A stretch of DNA of 54,555 bases, taken from positions 1-54,555 of IMG/VR virus record IMGVR_UViG_3300037153_000401, one strand, 5' to 3'. This document shows positions 16,878 through 26,340 of this stretch, piece after piece. Origin of the DNA: a virus. Lineage: Duplodnaviria > Caudoviricetes. The notes below the pieces were generated by a model that saw only the letters and a list, made by a program, of their open reading frames with translations, was not told the origin of the DNA and did no database searches. Numbering within the stretch: position 1 is the first letter of the stretch; each line of letters begins with the position of its first letter. Made by a program: the position numbers and the translations under genes.

Positions 16878-19130
16878 CTATCTGATCCGCTCAATATAAC
16901 CACGCAGGAATTGAAGTGTGTTGGCCGCGTTCGCCGTTCCCCACTGCGCGGTAATATCGATCACTTGATTAGCGGTGAAATCAACCACCACACTCGCGCC
17001 GCTGGCAAGGAAGTTTGTTGGCGTGATTGTGCCAGTCCCCGCTGTTAGCTCGCCACGCATGTAGACTCTCACGGAGCCGCCAGCGCCGACCGCTGCGGCG
17101 TATATGTCCGCCTGAATGGCAAAGAGTCCGTTTGAATTATTTGGGCTAGTTACTGCTGTTCCGTTGGCTATCAGGGTGGCGCCGAAATATATGCGGAACT
17201 GTATTGTGGGCGTGCCGGTCGTGGTGAAAGTTCCAAATAGCCTGATGCGGTACACCGTGCCCGCCATAGTGACGCCGCCCTGCAATGTCAACGTCGAACC
17301 TGTGCTCCCCGTCGCGCCGGTGAGGATTGATGTTTCAGTGGTCGTATTAGCAACAGCATTGCCGGCAGTGACATTGCTATATACCGAGGTTGAGACTGGG
17401 AATCGCGAAGTGCTGAGCGATTGCACGGTCGTCCCGCTTCCCGTTTGCAACGGATACCGTGCGGCTAGCTGTCCCTGCTCGGCGTTACCTGTCCCCCGAC
17501 CGCCATGCAAATCAAGCGCGACGCCAGCGGTATTCGTTCCGCTAGCGTCCGGCCCGCCGATGATCCCGGCCACAGGCGAACCGCCCGGCGTTCCGACGCC
17601 GAGCTTGCCAGTCCCTTTCGGCGTAATCGTGAAGTCAAGATTGCTATCGCTTCCGGTCGGACTGAAACTTGGACTCGCGCCCGTCGCGCTGTTGCTCAGC
17701 GTGAATCCGTTGACCGCACTGCCCGCTGGCGAGAGAGTAACAAACGTATTGCCATTGACATCGAGAATGGATGTCCCAATTCTCGGCGAGGTCAGGGTCT
17801 TATTGGCGAGCGTCTGCGTCCCGGCCAGCGTGACGACATCGGAGCCAATGTCCAGCGTCGGATTCCCGGCCACCCCGTCGCCGTTCGTTACGCCGATCCG
17901 ATTTGCCGTCCCGGTGATAGTTCGCGTCGTCCATGTGTCAGTGGCGGTTCGCGTGGCGATGCCGCTGGTAGAAAGGCCCTCGACTGCCGCGAGGTCGTTG
18001 GCCAGGACAAATGTCGGATTGCCGCTCACGCCATCATTGTTCGTGATCGTGAATCCTGCGGCTGGCGCTTGGAAGAGTCTCGCGGCGCCCGTCCCCGCGC
18101 CTGTCCGCGCCCAAAAACCATTTGTCGAATTGGACGCAAGCGCATTCAGGTCCGAATCCACTGTGACATTGGTGCGAGAATTCCCCGGATCGTCGGCGGC
18201 CGTCAGTCCGCTGCCGATAAAGTTCAGCGTCGGCTGCTGCGGTAAATTACTTCCCTCTTCCTGAATCCGATTGAGAACGTTATTGACACTAAGTTGGCCA
18301 GCAGAGATCGTGAACTGTGACGGGTTGATCGTCAGGCAGGTCTGCACGTTGCCCGTAGACGCGTAATAGATCAGTTGATTGATCGTGCAGCTCGGGAATC
18401 TCGCATCAATCTGCGCGGCCGTGTAGAAGTTGGCGGGCGGACTTGGAGGCGTCGGCGGGGTGCTGTTGAAAGAGCAGATCTGCGCCCAGCTCGTCGGCGT
18501 GGTTAGATGGTTCAGTTTGAATTCATCCACGCAACCCGGATAGCTCTGCATGAATCCGCCGGCCTGCGTGTACAGTCCCGCGACGTAGGTCGCTAATGGG
18601 TTACTGCTGTCGGTCGTGGCCGGCAGATTGTCGATCTGAGGTATGTAGGCGACATTCTGCGCTCCGTCGTTGATGACGCTCACGCCGTATCGCCGATACC
18701 ATGCAGTCGTGCCAGGCGAGCCGGACTGGATCACGGTCGTCGAGCCAGCAGGGACGAAGGGCGACGTGACATAAATGCGCAAGTGGACGAACTTGTACAG
18801 AGTTCCAGTCACCGTGCCGGAAGTGGCGAGGTAGTTGCTCGTCAGCGTAAATACGCTCCGGGAGGCGACAGATGCGATATCGTAAGTGACCGCCGGCGTC
18901 CCGAGCGATACCTTGAGGCCGCTGATGCCGACCGCTCCGGTGGGCAAGCAGTTCGAGCAAGTGACGGCGGCCGAGCCGAGCGTGACCGTTACCCCACTGA
19001 GCGGTGTGTCCACGCCAGCATTGCTCGTGTTCAGTCCGACGATGTTCGACGCGCCTATATCAATGTCCGTACAGAATGCGCGTGCTGTGAGAGCAAAGAA
19101 GGCAACGAGCAGGAAAAGAAGTTTTTTCAT
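16878..19130 (-). CDS. Tail-fibre/spike-like beta-rich protein with N-terminal signal peptide
   Basis: Thr/Gly/Ser-rich; two tandem ...NxDGVxGNPT repeats; GTQTLANKTLTSP; N-terminus MKKLLFLLVAFFALTARA. Confidence 0.7.
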   Translation of the reverse strand: MKKLLFLLVAFFALTARAFCTDIDIGASNIVGLNTSNAGVDTPLSGVTVTLGSAAVTCSNCLPTGAVGISGLKVSLGTPAVTYDIASVASRSVFTLTSNYLATSGTVTGTLYKFVHLRIYVTSPFVPAGSTTVIQSGSPGTTAWYRRYGVSVINDGAQNVAYIPQIDNLPATTDSSNPLATYVAGLYTQAGGFMQSYPGCVDEFKLNHLTTPTSWAQICSFNSTPPTPPSPPANFYTAAQIDARFPSCTINQLIYYASTGNVQTCLTINPSQFTISAGQLSVNNVLNRIQEEGSNLPQQPTLNFIGSGLTAADDPGNSRTNVTVDSDLNALASNSTNGFWARTGAGTGAARLFQAPAAGFTITNNDGVSGNPTFVLANDLAAVEGLSTSGIATRTATDTWTTRTITGTANRIGVTNGDGVAGNPTLDIGSDVVTLAGTQTLANKTLTSPRIGTSILDVNGNTFVTLSPAGSAVNGFTLSNSATGASPSFSPTGSDSNLDFTITPKGTGKLGVGTPGGSPVAGIIGGPDASGTNTAGVALDLHGGRGTGNAEQGQLAARYPLQTGSGTTVQSLSTSRFPVSTSVYSNVTAGNAVANTTTETSILTGATGSTGSTLTLQGGVTMAGTVYRIRLFGTFTTTGTPTIQFRIYFGATLIANGTAVTSPNNSNGLFAIQADIYAAAVGAGGSVRVYMRGELTAGTGTITPTNFLASGASVVVDFTANQVIDITAQWGTANAANTLQFLRGYIERIR

Positions 19131-19141
19131 ATATTCGTAAT

Positions 19142-19585
19142 TCAGTAACTCGAAATGATTGCGCCCGGAGATTCGAAAAGAGTCTCCACGGTCTCGCGGT
19201 TATTGTGTCGCTCGCACAGGATCCAGTAATGAGAATCCAAATCGGCGAGGAATTGCGTGAGGTCGCCGCACGCTTCGCACTTATGCGCCGAGTTCGGGTC
19301 TTTCAGATTGAGTTTCAAGCGATGATCGAGCAGGTAGCGCTTGTAACACTCTGCCGCTTCTTCCGCCGTCGCGTGGCCGTCGGAGTGATATTTGTCCTTG
19401 TGCGGTAGGAGTTTCTCCTCCCATTCACGCTTCCATTGATCATTGTGAGCCTCGTCGTAGAGATCGAACGGCTTCCACTCGCGCCAGCCGGCGCAGTAAC
19501 CGACCGGCCGGATGTCGTCATCGTTGCCCTTGGTGTAATCCCAGCGATGATCCTTTTCGCGCTGTCTTGCCTGGTAGTAATTCAT
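19142..19585 (-). CDS. Hypothetical protein with Cys/His motifs
   Basis: Start reassigned to ATG 19585 (ATGA overlap with upstream gene); CEAC...CERH. Confidence 0.65.
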   Translation of the reverse strand: MNYYQARQREKDHRWDYTKGNDDDIRPVGYCAGWREWKPFDLYDEAHNDQWKREWEEKLLPHKDKYHSDGHATAEEAAECYKRYLLDHRLKLNLKDPNSAHKCEACGDLTQFLADLDSHYWILCERHNNRETVETLFESPGAIISSY

Positions 19586-20079
19586 TGGAGTTTTCCGGAG
19601 AGGATCCGGTTTTCGATAATTCCTCGGCGAACGATCAACATCACATAAGCGATCATCGGGAACACCGCCCACCATTGGCCGAGCAGCCCTGCGTCGCCAC
19701 AGGCAGAGAGAATGAAGCCGAAGTAGCCTGGATGGCTGCAAAAGCGATATGGTCCGTCCTTCACTCGAAGGTCCGGCGGGATGTAGATGATGGCCGGGAC
19801 GAAGCACGAATTGACGCGATGCGCCCAAATGTGCAGAACGCTGCCGACAGCAAGAAGTACAGTACCGATTATTCGCGCCACGACCGGGAACGAGCCGGGG
19901 GCAACAAAGCTCTGAATCGCCGCGACTATCCAGATCGAAAATGACAGAGCGGCGACCAGCCAGAACTCGGCATCCTTGCGGCACCGCTTGTAATTGCTGC
20001 GGTATTCAGCCGGGACGAATAAGATCCTACCCGCGACCGAGGCCCCGCTGAGCGCCATGAAAATAAGCCACCAAATCAT
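19582..20079 (-). CDS. Isoprenylcysteine carboxyl methyltransferase (ICMT/PEMT) family membrane protein
   Basis: Several TMs; VKDGPYRFCSHPGYFG and R..IE motifs. Confidence 0.75.
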   Translation of the reverse strand: MIWWLIFMALSGASVAGRILFVPAEYRSNYKRCRKDAEFWLVAALSFSIWIVAAIQSFVAPGSFPVVARIIGTVLLAVGSVLHIWAHRVNSCFVPAIIYIPPDLRVKDGPYRFCSHPGYFGFILSACGDAGLLGQWWAVFPMIAYVMLIVRRGIIENRILSGKLQ

Positions 20080-20081
20080 AC

Positions 20082-20720
20082 CTAAATCTTGGTCACAGCA
20101 GCGCTGCCTACCTGACCGGCCGCGCCTAAAAAGCTATTGAGAAAACCAGGCTGCTGCACGACCTGCGTGCCGTAGCCACTGCCCGACGAATTGCCGCCCG
20201 TCTGGACAAGCTGCGGCAGCAGTAGCCGTCGCCGTTCAAGGTCCGCCGCCGTCGTCTGCGAGGCAATATTGTTAGCCATATTGGCCTTATTAAGCTCAGA
20301 CTGGTCCGCCATCTGCGCGCGCGTCGTCAGCGCCTGATTTTTCAATTGCTGATTCTGGTACTGCGCCTGCTGGTCTTCGGTGGCCGCATTCGACCTCTCC
20401 GCACGCAGTTCTTTCTCCATGTTCGCCTGGCGGATGAAAGTCGGCACGCCGCTTGAGAACGCCGAGTTATATCTATCCGTAACGGCTTGCTCGGCGAGGT
20501 CATGGCGACGCGCGACACCCGGATCGACATTGAAGTCGGTGGGGATATCCTGATACGCCTTGCCTTGATAGGCGTTCGGGTCGCCGAAGTTGAGTGGCAG
20601 ACCGAGAAAATCCTCGACACCGGGCGAGCCGGCCGAGAGCGGCGACATATAAGAGTATGTATTAGCGGTTTGCTGATTGCTTGCGTACGGAGTCTGAATC
20701 GATTTGGTTGATCCGCCCAT
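20082..20720 (-). CDS. Putative pilot/ejection protein
   Basis: Starts MGGSTKS, Gln/Ala-rich, ends GFLNSFLGAAGQVGSAA; follows GNAT-like gene as in P22/T7-type layouts. Confidence 0.6.
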   Translation of the reverse strand: MGGSTKSIQTPYASNQQTANTYSYMSPLSAGSPGVEDFLGLPLNFGDPNAYQGKAYQDIPTDFNVDPGVARRHDLAEQAVTDRYNSAFSSGVPTFIRQANMEKELRAERSNAATEDQQAQYQNQQLKNQALTTRAQMADQSELNKANMANNIASQTTAADLERRRLLLPQLVQTGGNSSGSGYGTQVVQQPGFLNSFLGAAGQVGSAAVTKI

Positions 20721-21141
20721 AGTAATCCGCCTTTTTAATCGCAAAGATCTGGAACTGTACGCCGTTTTGCTCGTACTCGCCTTTCGGCGCCATCCAACTG
20801 CGAATAGCCAACCTGCGCGCCGCGCGATTCCACGCTGGAAACGCCGCTTCCAGTTCATCTATGCCGTTTTGGTAGAGATAATCAGCGAGCGTGATCAGCA
20901 GATTCGCCAGGTCCCACGGATGAATCGTTCGACGCTCCTTCGAGACGTGGAAGCGCATGATGCGCCCGAGTTGTTCCATTGAAATTGACGCGCAGAATCG
21001 CCCGTCTTGATATACCCCGAAGTTCACCCGCTGGGGCTCGGACAGAAGTCCCGCATAATCGTCAATGTTGACGTTCTCGCCGAATTCCCACCTGGCGACC
21101 TGCGCGTACTGGTCACGTCGCAACGGTTCGAGTTCCAGCAT
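20662..21141 (-). CDS. GNAT acetyltransferase-like virion-module protein
   Basis: ...WNRAARRLA..WM.PKGE pattern; position between tail and ejection genes. Confidence 0.55.
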   Translation of the reverse strand: MLELEPLRRDQYAQVARWEFGENVNIDDYAGLLSEPQRVNFGVYQDGRFCASISMEQLGRIMRFHVSKERRTIHPWDLANLLITLADYLYQNGIDELEAAFPAWNRAARRLAIRSWMAPKGEYEQNGVQFQIFAIKKADYYGRINQIDSDSVRKQSANR

Positions 21142-21578
21142 TATGTAAAGCCGATCGTGCGAACGCGCTGAGTTACAAAATCATAGAAGATCAGCGCGCT
21201 TTCGCCCGGATTCAGCGTAATATCCGCGCCCATGTGAGTCAGAATTCTATTCTGGGCCAGACTCCCGGCATTGTCGTTTGCCAGCACTACATCCTGAGAG
21301 CCTATATTGGTGACCGACTTAATCCCGATGCCGACGTTGGCAAAGCCGGTAATGGTCCTCAACGCGTCCGATGTGAAAAGGTGCGTTATGGTGCCGACGT
21401 TGAGAGAGAAATCATCCTGGTCGGCCGTCAGTTGCGGGTAAAGCTGCTGCGCGTTAGGCGACAACTGTAAGCCTACTTGAACCTGCCCGACCTGCGCCGG
21501 CGTCAGCTTCGGACGCGTCAGCGCATATATATGCCCACCGTCGCCGCCACCGTATCTGTTCTGGCCCTCGTATCTCAT
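21141..21578 (-). CDS. Putative tail structural protein
   Basis: RTITG...TLNPGESALIFYD beta-rich pattern. Confidence 0.55.
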   Translation of the reverse strand: MRYEGQNRYGGGDGGHIYALTRPKLTPAQVGQVQVGLQLSPNAQQLYPQLTADQDDFSLNVGTITHLFTSDALRTITGFANVGIGIKSVTNIGSQDVVLANDNAGSLAQNRILTHMGADITLNPGESALIFYDFVTQRVRTIGFT

Positions 21579-23584
21579 CGTCGTTCACCTATCGGCGTCC
21601 CGGCCGCGACCAGCTTGTCGCACTTGCCGTCGTTGGAGGGAAAATCAATGCGGAAAGCGAGCGCCTTGCCGCCGATGTTCGTCCCGATCTCAGGCTCGGC
21701 AATGTCCGTGTCGGAGAGCGTAAAACTTGCTGTAGCGGCGCTTGTGTTGGTGACATCCGGGACGGCGCCGCCCGGCGGGACTGCGTAAACTCTCAAGGTC
21801 CCGGCCTTGCCTACGAACGCCAGGCGTTTCACTCGGTTGCGCGCGAGCAAGCGCGGGTCGTAATACTGGCTCGCGACATAGCGCGTGCCGCCTATCCCGG
21901 CACCGCCCTCCCATTCATTCACGCGATAATTGCCGCCGCTGAGATAGGTCACATACAGCGCGCCGTCTACGACTTGCGTATCAATGATCCGCGCCGAGAA
22001 ATTCAATTCGGGCCCCCATACTCCATGCTGCGTCATAAACGGCAGCACAACCGTCGTGCTGCCATTGTCGTAGATAAAGAGCACGGCCTTATTGATAGGA
22101 TCTACCGCCAGCTTCACGCCGGCCGCGTCCCACGTCTTCATGACCTCGCGGACCGCCGTCGCAAACTCAAAGTCTAGGTTTTCCGAGGCCTGAGTGCGGA
22201 ACGGCATTCCGTTAAAGCCGTAAAAGTAATCGCCTTCGAGCACGCCATTCGTGCCGGCTTTAAAGCCGGGCTGGGCGATTGTCTTGATTTTGTATGGTTC
22301 GGTTGGGTCGCTGGTAAAGCTGATAACTTCGAGCGACGTCATGGTCATCAGGTAAATCGGCCCGTCGCCACCGAGCGCGTTTAGTATGTCGCTCCCTGAA
22401 TCCGAGCCGATCGCCTGCGTAAGATCGCAGTGCTCGGGATTGAACGGCAGCATTGGAACAAGCACGTTGCCGGTCGGATTGACGGCCGTAGCCGCCGACT
22501 TGTCGCCCACGCCCCAGATAAAGACGCGTCCGGCATACTTCAGGACGCCCGCGCAAAGAGGCGGCGCGGCCGTGTCCTGGCTGACCAGCGCGCCGAGCTC
22601 CGCGTCGTACCAGTTAGCGGCGGCGGAACGAATGATTATCGCGTAGCCGCTATTGGTTGCGCTGAGAAAATTGGTAGTCAGCGTGATCTGCGTAGGCGTG
22701 ACGCCGCCTGTCGCGATCTCGTAGGTATTCCCGCTGATATTGATCAGGTCATGCTCGCGCAGGTCCTGAATCCAAAACGTGCCGACAGGCGCCGTCAGAT
22801 TCGGCGAGCCAAGCGTCCCGGTGAACGTGCCGCGCGGCTGAAGGCGAATGTAGCGCACGACGCGGATTTCGCCGCTGCGATCATCCCAGCGCGTGCCACA
22901 ATAGATCCACCCATCTTGTCCGGCGGGATGACTGGGCAGACCCGAGGCCAGGCCGAGGGTGATTACGGCCGACCCTTGAGCCGGAACGTTGCTGTAAATG
23001 ATATCCGAAGGCGGCCCTATCGCGTCGGTCGTGATACGCCAGGGCGCGAGCGCGACGCCGATGAGTCCGGCCATTGGCCGGTTTCCGAGTACGCCGGGAT
23101 CGGCGGTGTTGACGGAGACATCGGCGGCTGTCAGTAATGGCTTGTCAAAACCGGCGTCGAAGTCATCATATCCGCCTCCGCCGTTGGGGATCGCCACGCG
23201 CAGGCGTCCAGCCGTCGGGGAGGTCGTGACGCCGCTGACCGCGAACTCGTCGAGGTAAAGCTGCGCATTTGCCGCCTCCGATACATATATCAGCGCCGCG
23301 TTGTCGTGGCGAATCAAGCCGGCGTAAGGCAGGCGCGAACCGACCAGCGCGTCGGCAAAAGTCGCCCGCTGGGTGTTCGCGGCGAATATCCTCGCGCCGA
23401 CATTCTGCGAGGACGTTTGAAGCAGCCCGTTCGCCACCTCTGGCTTTCCGGTCGGACGTATCCAGACGTTCGATCCTGCGCGGATCGTGCCCAGGAACTC
23501 GGCGTGCGGGATGGCGCTCGCGGACGGGAAATATCCCCGCTCGAAGGTGATCTCTAAGGGTTCAAGATCTTTTGGGATTGGCAT
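21575..23584 (-). CDS. Putative tail hub/nozzle protein (P22 gp10 or T7 gp12-like position)
   Basis: ~670 aa, beta-rich, lies between adaptor genes and ejection genes. Confidence 0.55.
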   Translation of the reverse strand: MPIPKDLEPLEITFERGYFPSASAIPHAEFLGTIRAGSNVWIRPTGKPEVANGLLQTSSQNVGARIFAANTQRATFADALVGSRLPYAGLIRHDNAALIYVSEAANAQLYLDEFAVSGVTTSPTAGRLRVAIPNGGGGYDDFDAGFDKPLLTAADVSVNTADPGVLGNRPMAGLIGVALAPWRITTDAIGPPSDIIYSNVPAQGSAVITLGLASGLPSHPAGQDGWIYCGTRWDDRSGEIRVVRYIRLQPRGTFTGTLGSPNLTAPVGTFWIQDLREHDLINISGNTYEIATGGVTPTQITLTTNFLSATNSGYAIIIRSAAANWYDAELGALVSQDTAAPPLCAGVLKYAGRVFIWGVGDKSAATAVNPTGNVLVPMLPFNPEHCDLTQAIGSDSGSDILNALGGDGPIYLMTMTSLEVISFTSDPTEPYKIKTIAQPGFKAGTNGVLEGDYFYGFNGMPFRTQASENLDFEFATAVREVMKTWDAAGVKLAVDPINKAVLFIYDNGSTTVVLPFMTQHGVWGPELNFSARIIDTQVVDGALYVTYLSGGNYRVNEWEGGAGIGGTRYVASQYYDPRLLARNRVKRLAFVGKAGTLRVYAVPPGGAVPDVTNTSAATASFTLSDTDIAEPEIGTNIGGKALAFRIDFPSNDGKCDKLVAAGTPIGERR

Positions 23585-24159
23585 TACGCGGGCGTCACCT
23601 TGCGGGCGACGACGTTGCAAAGGGTTTGCACGAGTCTATCGTCGAGTTCAGGCGGAAAGTTGCTGACATCCGCCGGCGTGAAGTTGGCTGTAATCACAAG
23701 CGGACCATTGGCGCCCTGAATACTGCCTGGATCGGTTACTTGTACGCCCTTAGCGCGAGTCAAAATCTTGTCCCGATCCTTGATATGGTAGTGACCGATG
23801 GCGGTCGTCTGAGGCCGCAGGAAGTCGGCATAGTGGAGGATCGGATACAATTGATTGCCATCGTTATCGAGTACAACGCCAGACCTAATGCCGTCGAGCA
23901 AAATCTCGCCCGCGACGCCCGTGATACTGCCCGTTGCCGCCAACAGATCACCCTGCCCGTTCGCATCGAGCGGGACGGAGTAAGTCTGTTGCAGGAGCGC
24001 CCGCAGATACGGATCACGCATCACCTCATTGGCGAGATCGTTCGCCGCGAGCAATACACAGGCGTCAATATCTATCTCGGCGTCCGGCCAGCTACGAGGC
24101 TGCGGCGCGCCGGCATTGAGTTGCCGTTTCGCCCTTTCAACCAGTTCGTCTTTTGTCAT
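23584..24159 (-). CDS. Putative head-tail adaptor/tail tubular protein
   Basis: Helical N-terminus, FPPELDDRLV C-terminal pattern, synteny. Confidence 0.5.
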   Translation of the reverse strand: MTKDELVERAKRQLNAGAPQPRSWPDAEIDIDACVLLAANDLANEVMRDPYLRALLQQTYSVPLDANGQGDLLAATGSITGVAGEILLDGIRSGVVLDNDGNQLYPILHYADFLRPQTTAIGHYHIKDRDKILTRAKGVQVTDPGSIQGANGPLVITANFTPADVSNFPPELDDRLVQTLCNVVARKVTPA

Positions 24160-24869
24160 GTTGCGCTCGGCGCCGCCTGCGCCTCTCCGTATAGAGTGGG
24201 GTTACCGTAATTGCGAATCTCCGCGAGATGCGCCTGCCATTGGGCATTAGCGCCGGCGAAGAGATCGCCGAACAAGGATTCTTTTAGCGCCAATTTCGCG
24301 ACCGCCCCTTGAATCAGACCGCCTTCGTGGTGATCGTCAAGATCGATGTTGCCAGCGAAGGATGTTGGCCGCTCGTAAACGCAAACGTCAACGAGAACGT
24401 TCGTCCGCGTGTGCTCGATCCTGCCACTGTTGATTGCGTACCAATACCGTGTCGAGCCGCTGTAAATGGTGGCCGAGAATCTATTGAAGCTCCGAATGCT
24501 GTCCAACGCCGCCCGCTCAAGCGTCTCATTGTTCCCGGAGTCTCGGACTGCGCCCGGAATGCCGATGATAAGCTTGAGAGTCCCGGCGCCCGTGCGTGGT
24601 ATGGCCGCTCGATTGGCAAGAGCCGCCGTGCTATCGGCATATCGCGCACGCTCGGGATGGAGCGGCGTCGAGGCGATCGCTTCGACGATCTCGCCCTGGG
24701 CCGCGACAACCGCGTCTTGAACCTGGCTTGCGAGAAAATCCGGCCCGAACACCGTCGAGGTTGACGGTGTGGCGGTATAGTTGGCGTCCGCCGTTGTGGG
24801 ATTTTCCCCGAGCACAGCGCCGAGGAGGTTGAGAATTTCTTGAGTTACCTTGGCGTAGGTTATGGGCAT
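24156..24869 (-). CDS. Putative head-tail adaptor/tail tubular protein
   Basis: LDDHHEGGLIQGAVAKL pattern, synteny. Confidence 0.5.
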   Translation of the reverse strand: MPITYAKVTQEILNLLGAVLGENPTTADANYTATPSTSTVFGPDFLASQVQDAVVAAQGEIVEAIASTPLHPERARYADSTAALANRAAIPRTGAGTLKLIIGIPGAVRDSGNNETLERAALDSIRSFNRFSATIYSGSTRYWYAINSGRIEHTRTNVLVDVCVYERPTSFAGNIDLDDHHEGGLIQGAVAKLALKESLFGDLFAGANAQWQAHLAEIRNYGNPTLYGEAQAAPSAT

Positions 24870-25198
24870 TACCTTGCAAGACTGCGTTGAATATAGGCGT
24901 CAATGACGCCACCCGTGATGCCGGAGCTGATTCTGAGTCGGCCAACGGCGCCCTCCGGGATGATGCGATCCGACAATACGAGCGGGGCGCTGCCGGCAAA
25001 TGTGATCGTCAGCTCGGTTGTCCATGTACCGCTGTAGTCGCCGCCAGGCGCGCTTTCGAGCTGCACGGCGCCACCGTTCACTCCGGTCTTGAAGTCGATC
25101 TCGACAACGATGTCGTCGGTTAGTCCGAATATCTCGCTAAGCGTGTTCAGCGCCGATACGTTGTTGAGTACTTTTATAGGCGTTGCGTCGATGAGCAT
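24869..25198 (-). CDS. Small structural protein, paralog of the N-terminal domain of 25220-26338
   Basis: Shares GVNGGAVQLESAPG and LSDRIIPEGAVGRLRISSGITGGV with its neighbour. Confidence 0.75.
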   Translation of the reverse strand: MLIDATPIKVLNNVSALNTLSEIFGLTDDIVVEIDFKTGVNGGAVQLESAPGGDYSGTWTTELTITFAGSAPLVLSDRIIPEGAVGRLRISSGITGGVIDAYIQRSLAR

Positions 25199-25219
25199 AG
25201 ACGTCCTTCCACTTGGGCT

Positions 25220-26338
25220 TTATAGACCGTATTTGGCCTTCCAGTAGTTATAGAGCTGGGTCTGCTGCGCTGGAGTTAACGCTTCCGCGCAGACCACCAA
25301 TGCTGCAAAATCGCCGTTCCAAACTCTGGAAATGGCCCCCGACGCGTCCGGCTTGCCCCAGAATAGGTTTGATTCATAATTGGCATAATTATTGGTGGTC
25401 GTGCCACTGCCCGGCGTGCCCGCTCCTCCGTCAACCTGAATAGTCACATTCTTGGTCGCGCCGTCATTGGTCATGTTGTCGAATGTGCCAATGGCGACGT
25501 GAAAACCCGCGCCATCGTTGAATGGTGAAAAAGCGGCTTCCGGAAGTTGGTTCGATCCACCAAACGCCGCGGCGATGAGATTGCCTCCCCCGCCATCACC
25601 GAGCGATAAGCTGATCTCGTCCTCGGTCCCGAATCCATTTCCAGCCGGGTCGCCAGCCCATAGCATTATCTCCCCGTCCACCGGGTTGTTGGTCTGGAAC
25701 ACGGCCGCGAAAGTCACCTTAGAGGCGTTGTCATTCTTCGGGCTGTAAGGAGAGGTCATCCAGTGACCATCGCCGGCATCCAGATGAGTGAATCTGGCTA
25801 CAGGCTTCCCGTTTAATCGACCCGTAATAAAGGCCGGCTTGTTCGCCGCAACGCTTTGAGCGAAATGGTTCGCTAGCCCTGACAAGTCGTTGGCGGTAGT
25901 AATGGGATCGCCGTTGTTCAGCCCGGTTACGCTCTGGTCTACTTCAATCCATATACGCAAAGCGGGAAGTTGAAGCGGACTGAAAGGCGCAGCGCCTGAT
26001 CGCGCGCGCCTTGTTCTCAAGCTGCGCTGGATGTGAGCGTCGACCACTCCGCCCGTGATACCGGAACTGATTCTCAGCCGACCGACAGCGCCCTCCGGGA
26101 TGATGCGGTCGGACAGCGTGAGCGGGGCCGAACCGGAAAAGGTGATTATTCCCTCAATCTTCCAAACGCCGGCGTAATCAGCGCCAGGCGCGCTTTCGAG
26201 CTGCACGGCGCCGCCGTTCACTCCGGCCTTGAAATCAACTTCAAGAACGACTACGTCGGCAATGGCGAATGGCGCTGACAGAGTATTCAGCGCCGAAACG
26301 CCATCCAGAACCTTTACAGGCTTTGCGTCAAGCAACAT
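25220..26338 (-). CDS. Structural protein: duplicated ~108-aa domain plus LamG/concanavalin-like domain
   Basis: Start reassigned to ATG 26338; DLSG.ANHFAQ...KP...LNGKPV and WNGDFAALVV...ALT...LYNYWKAKYGL LamG-like motifs. Confidence 0.7.
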   Translation of the reverse strand: MLLDAKPVKVLDGVSALNTLSAPFAIADVVVLEVDFKAGVNGGAVQLESAPGADYAGVWKIEGIITFSGSAPLTLSDRIIPEGAVGRLRISSGITGGVVDAHIQRSLRTRRARSGAAPFSPLQLPALRIWIEVDQSVTGLNNGDPITTANDLSGLANHFAQSVAANKPAFITGRLNGKPVARFTHLDAGDGHWMTSPYSPKNDNASKVTFAAVFQTNNPVDGEIMLWAGDPAGNGFGTEDEISLSLGDGGGGNLIAAAFGGSNQLPEAAFSPFNDGAGFHVAIGTFDNMTNDGATKNVTIQVDGGAGTPGSGTTTNNYANYESNLFWGKPDASGAISRVWNGDFAALVVCAEALTPAQQTQLYNYWKAKYGL

Positions 26339-26340
26339 TG

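Noticed and set aside
24900-26230. Diversity-generating retroelement TR/VR pair
   Set aside because: No reverse transcriptase in the window; both copies are coding, and the differences inspected are mostly synonymous rather than adenine-specific
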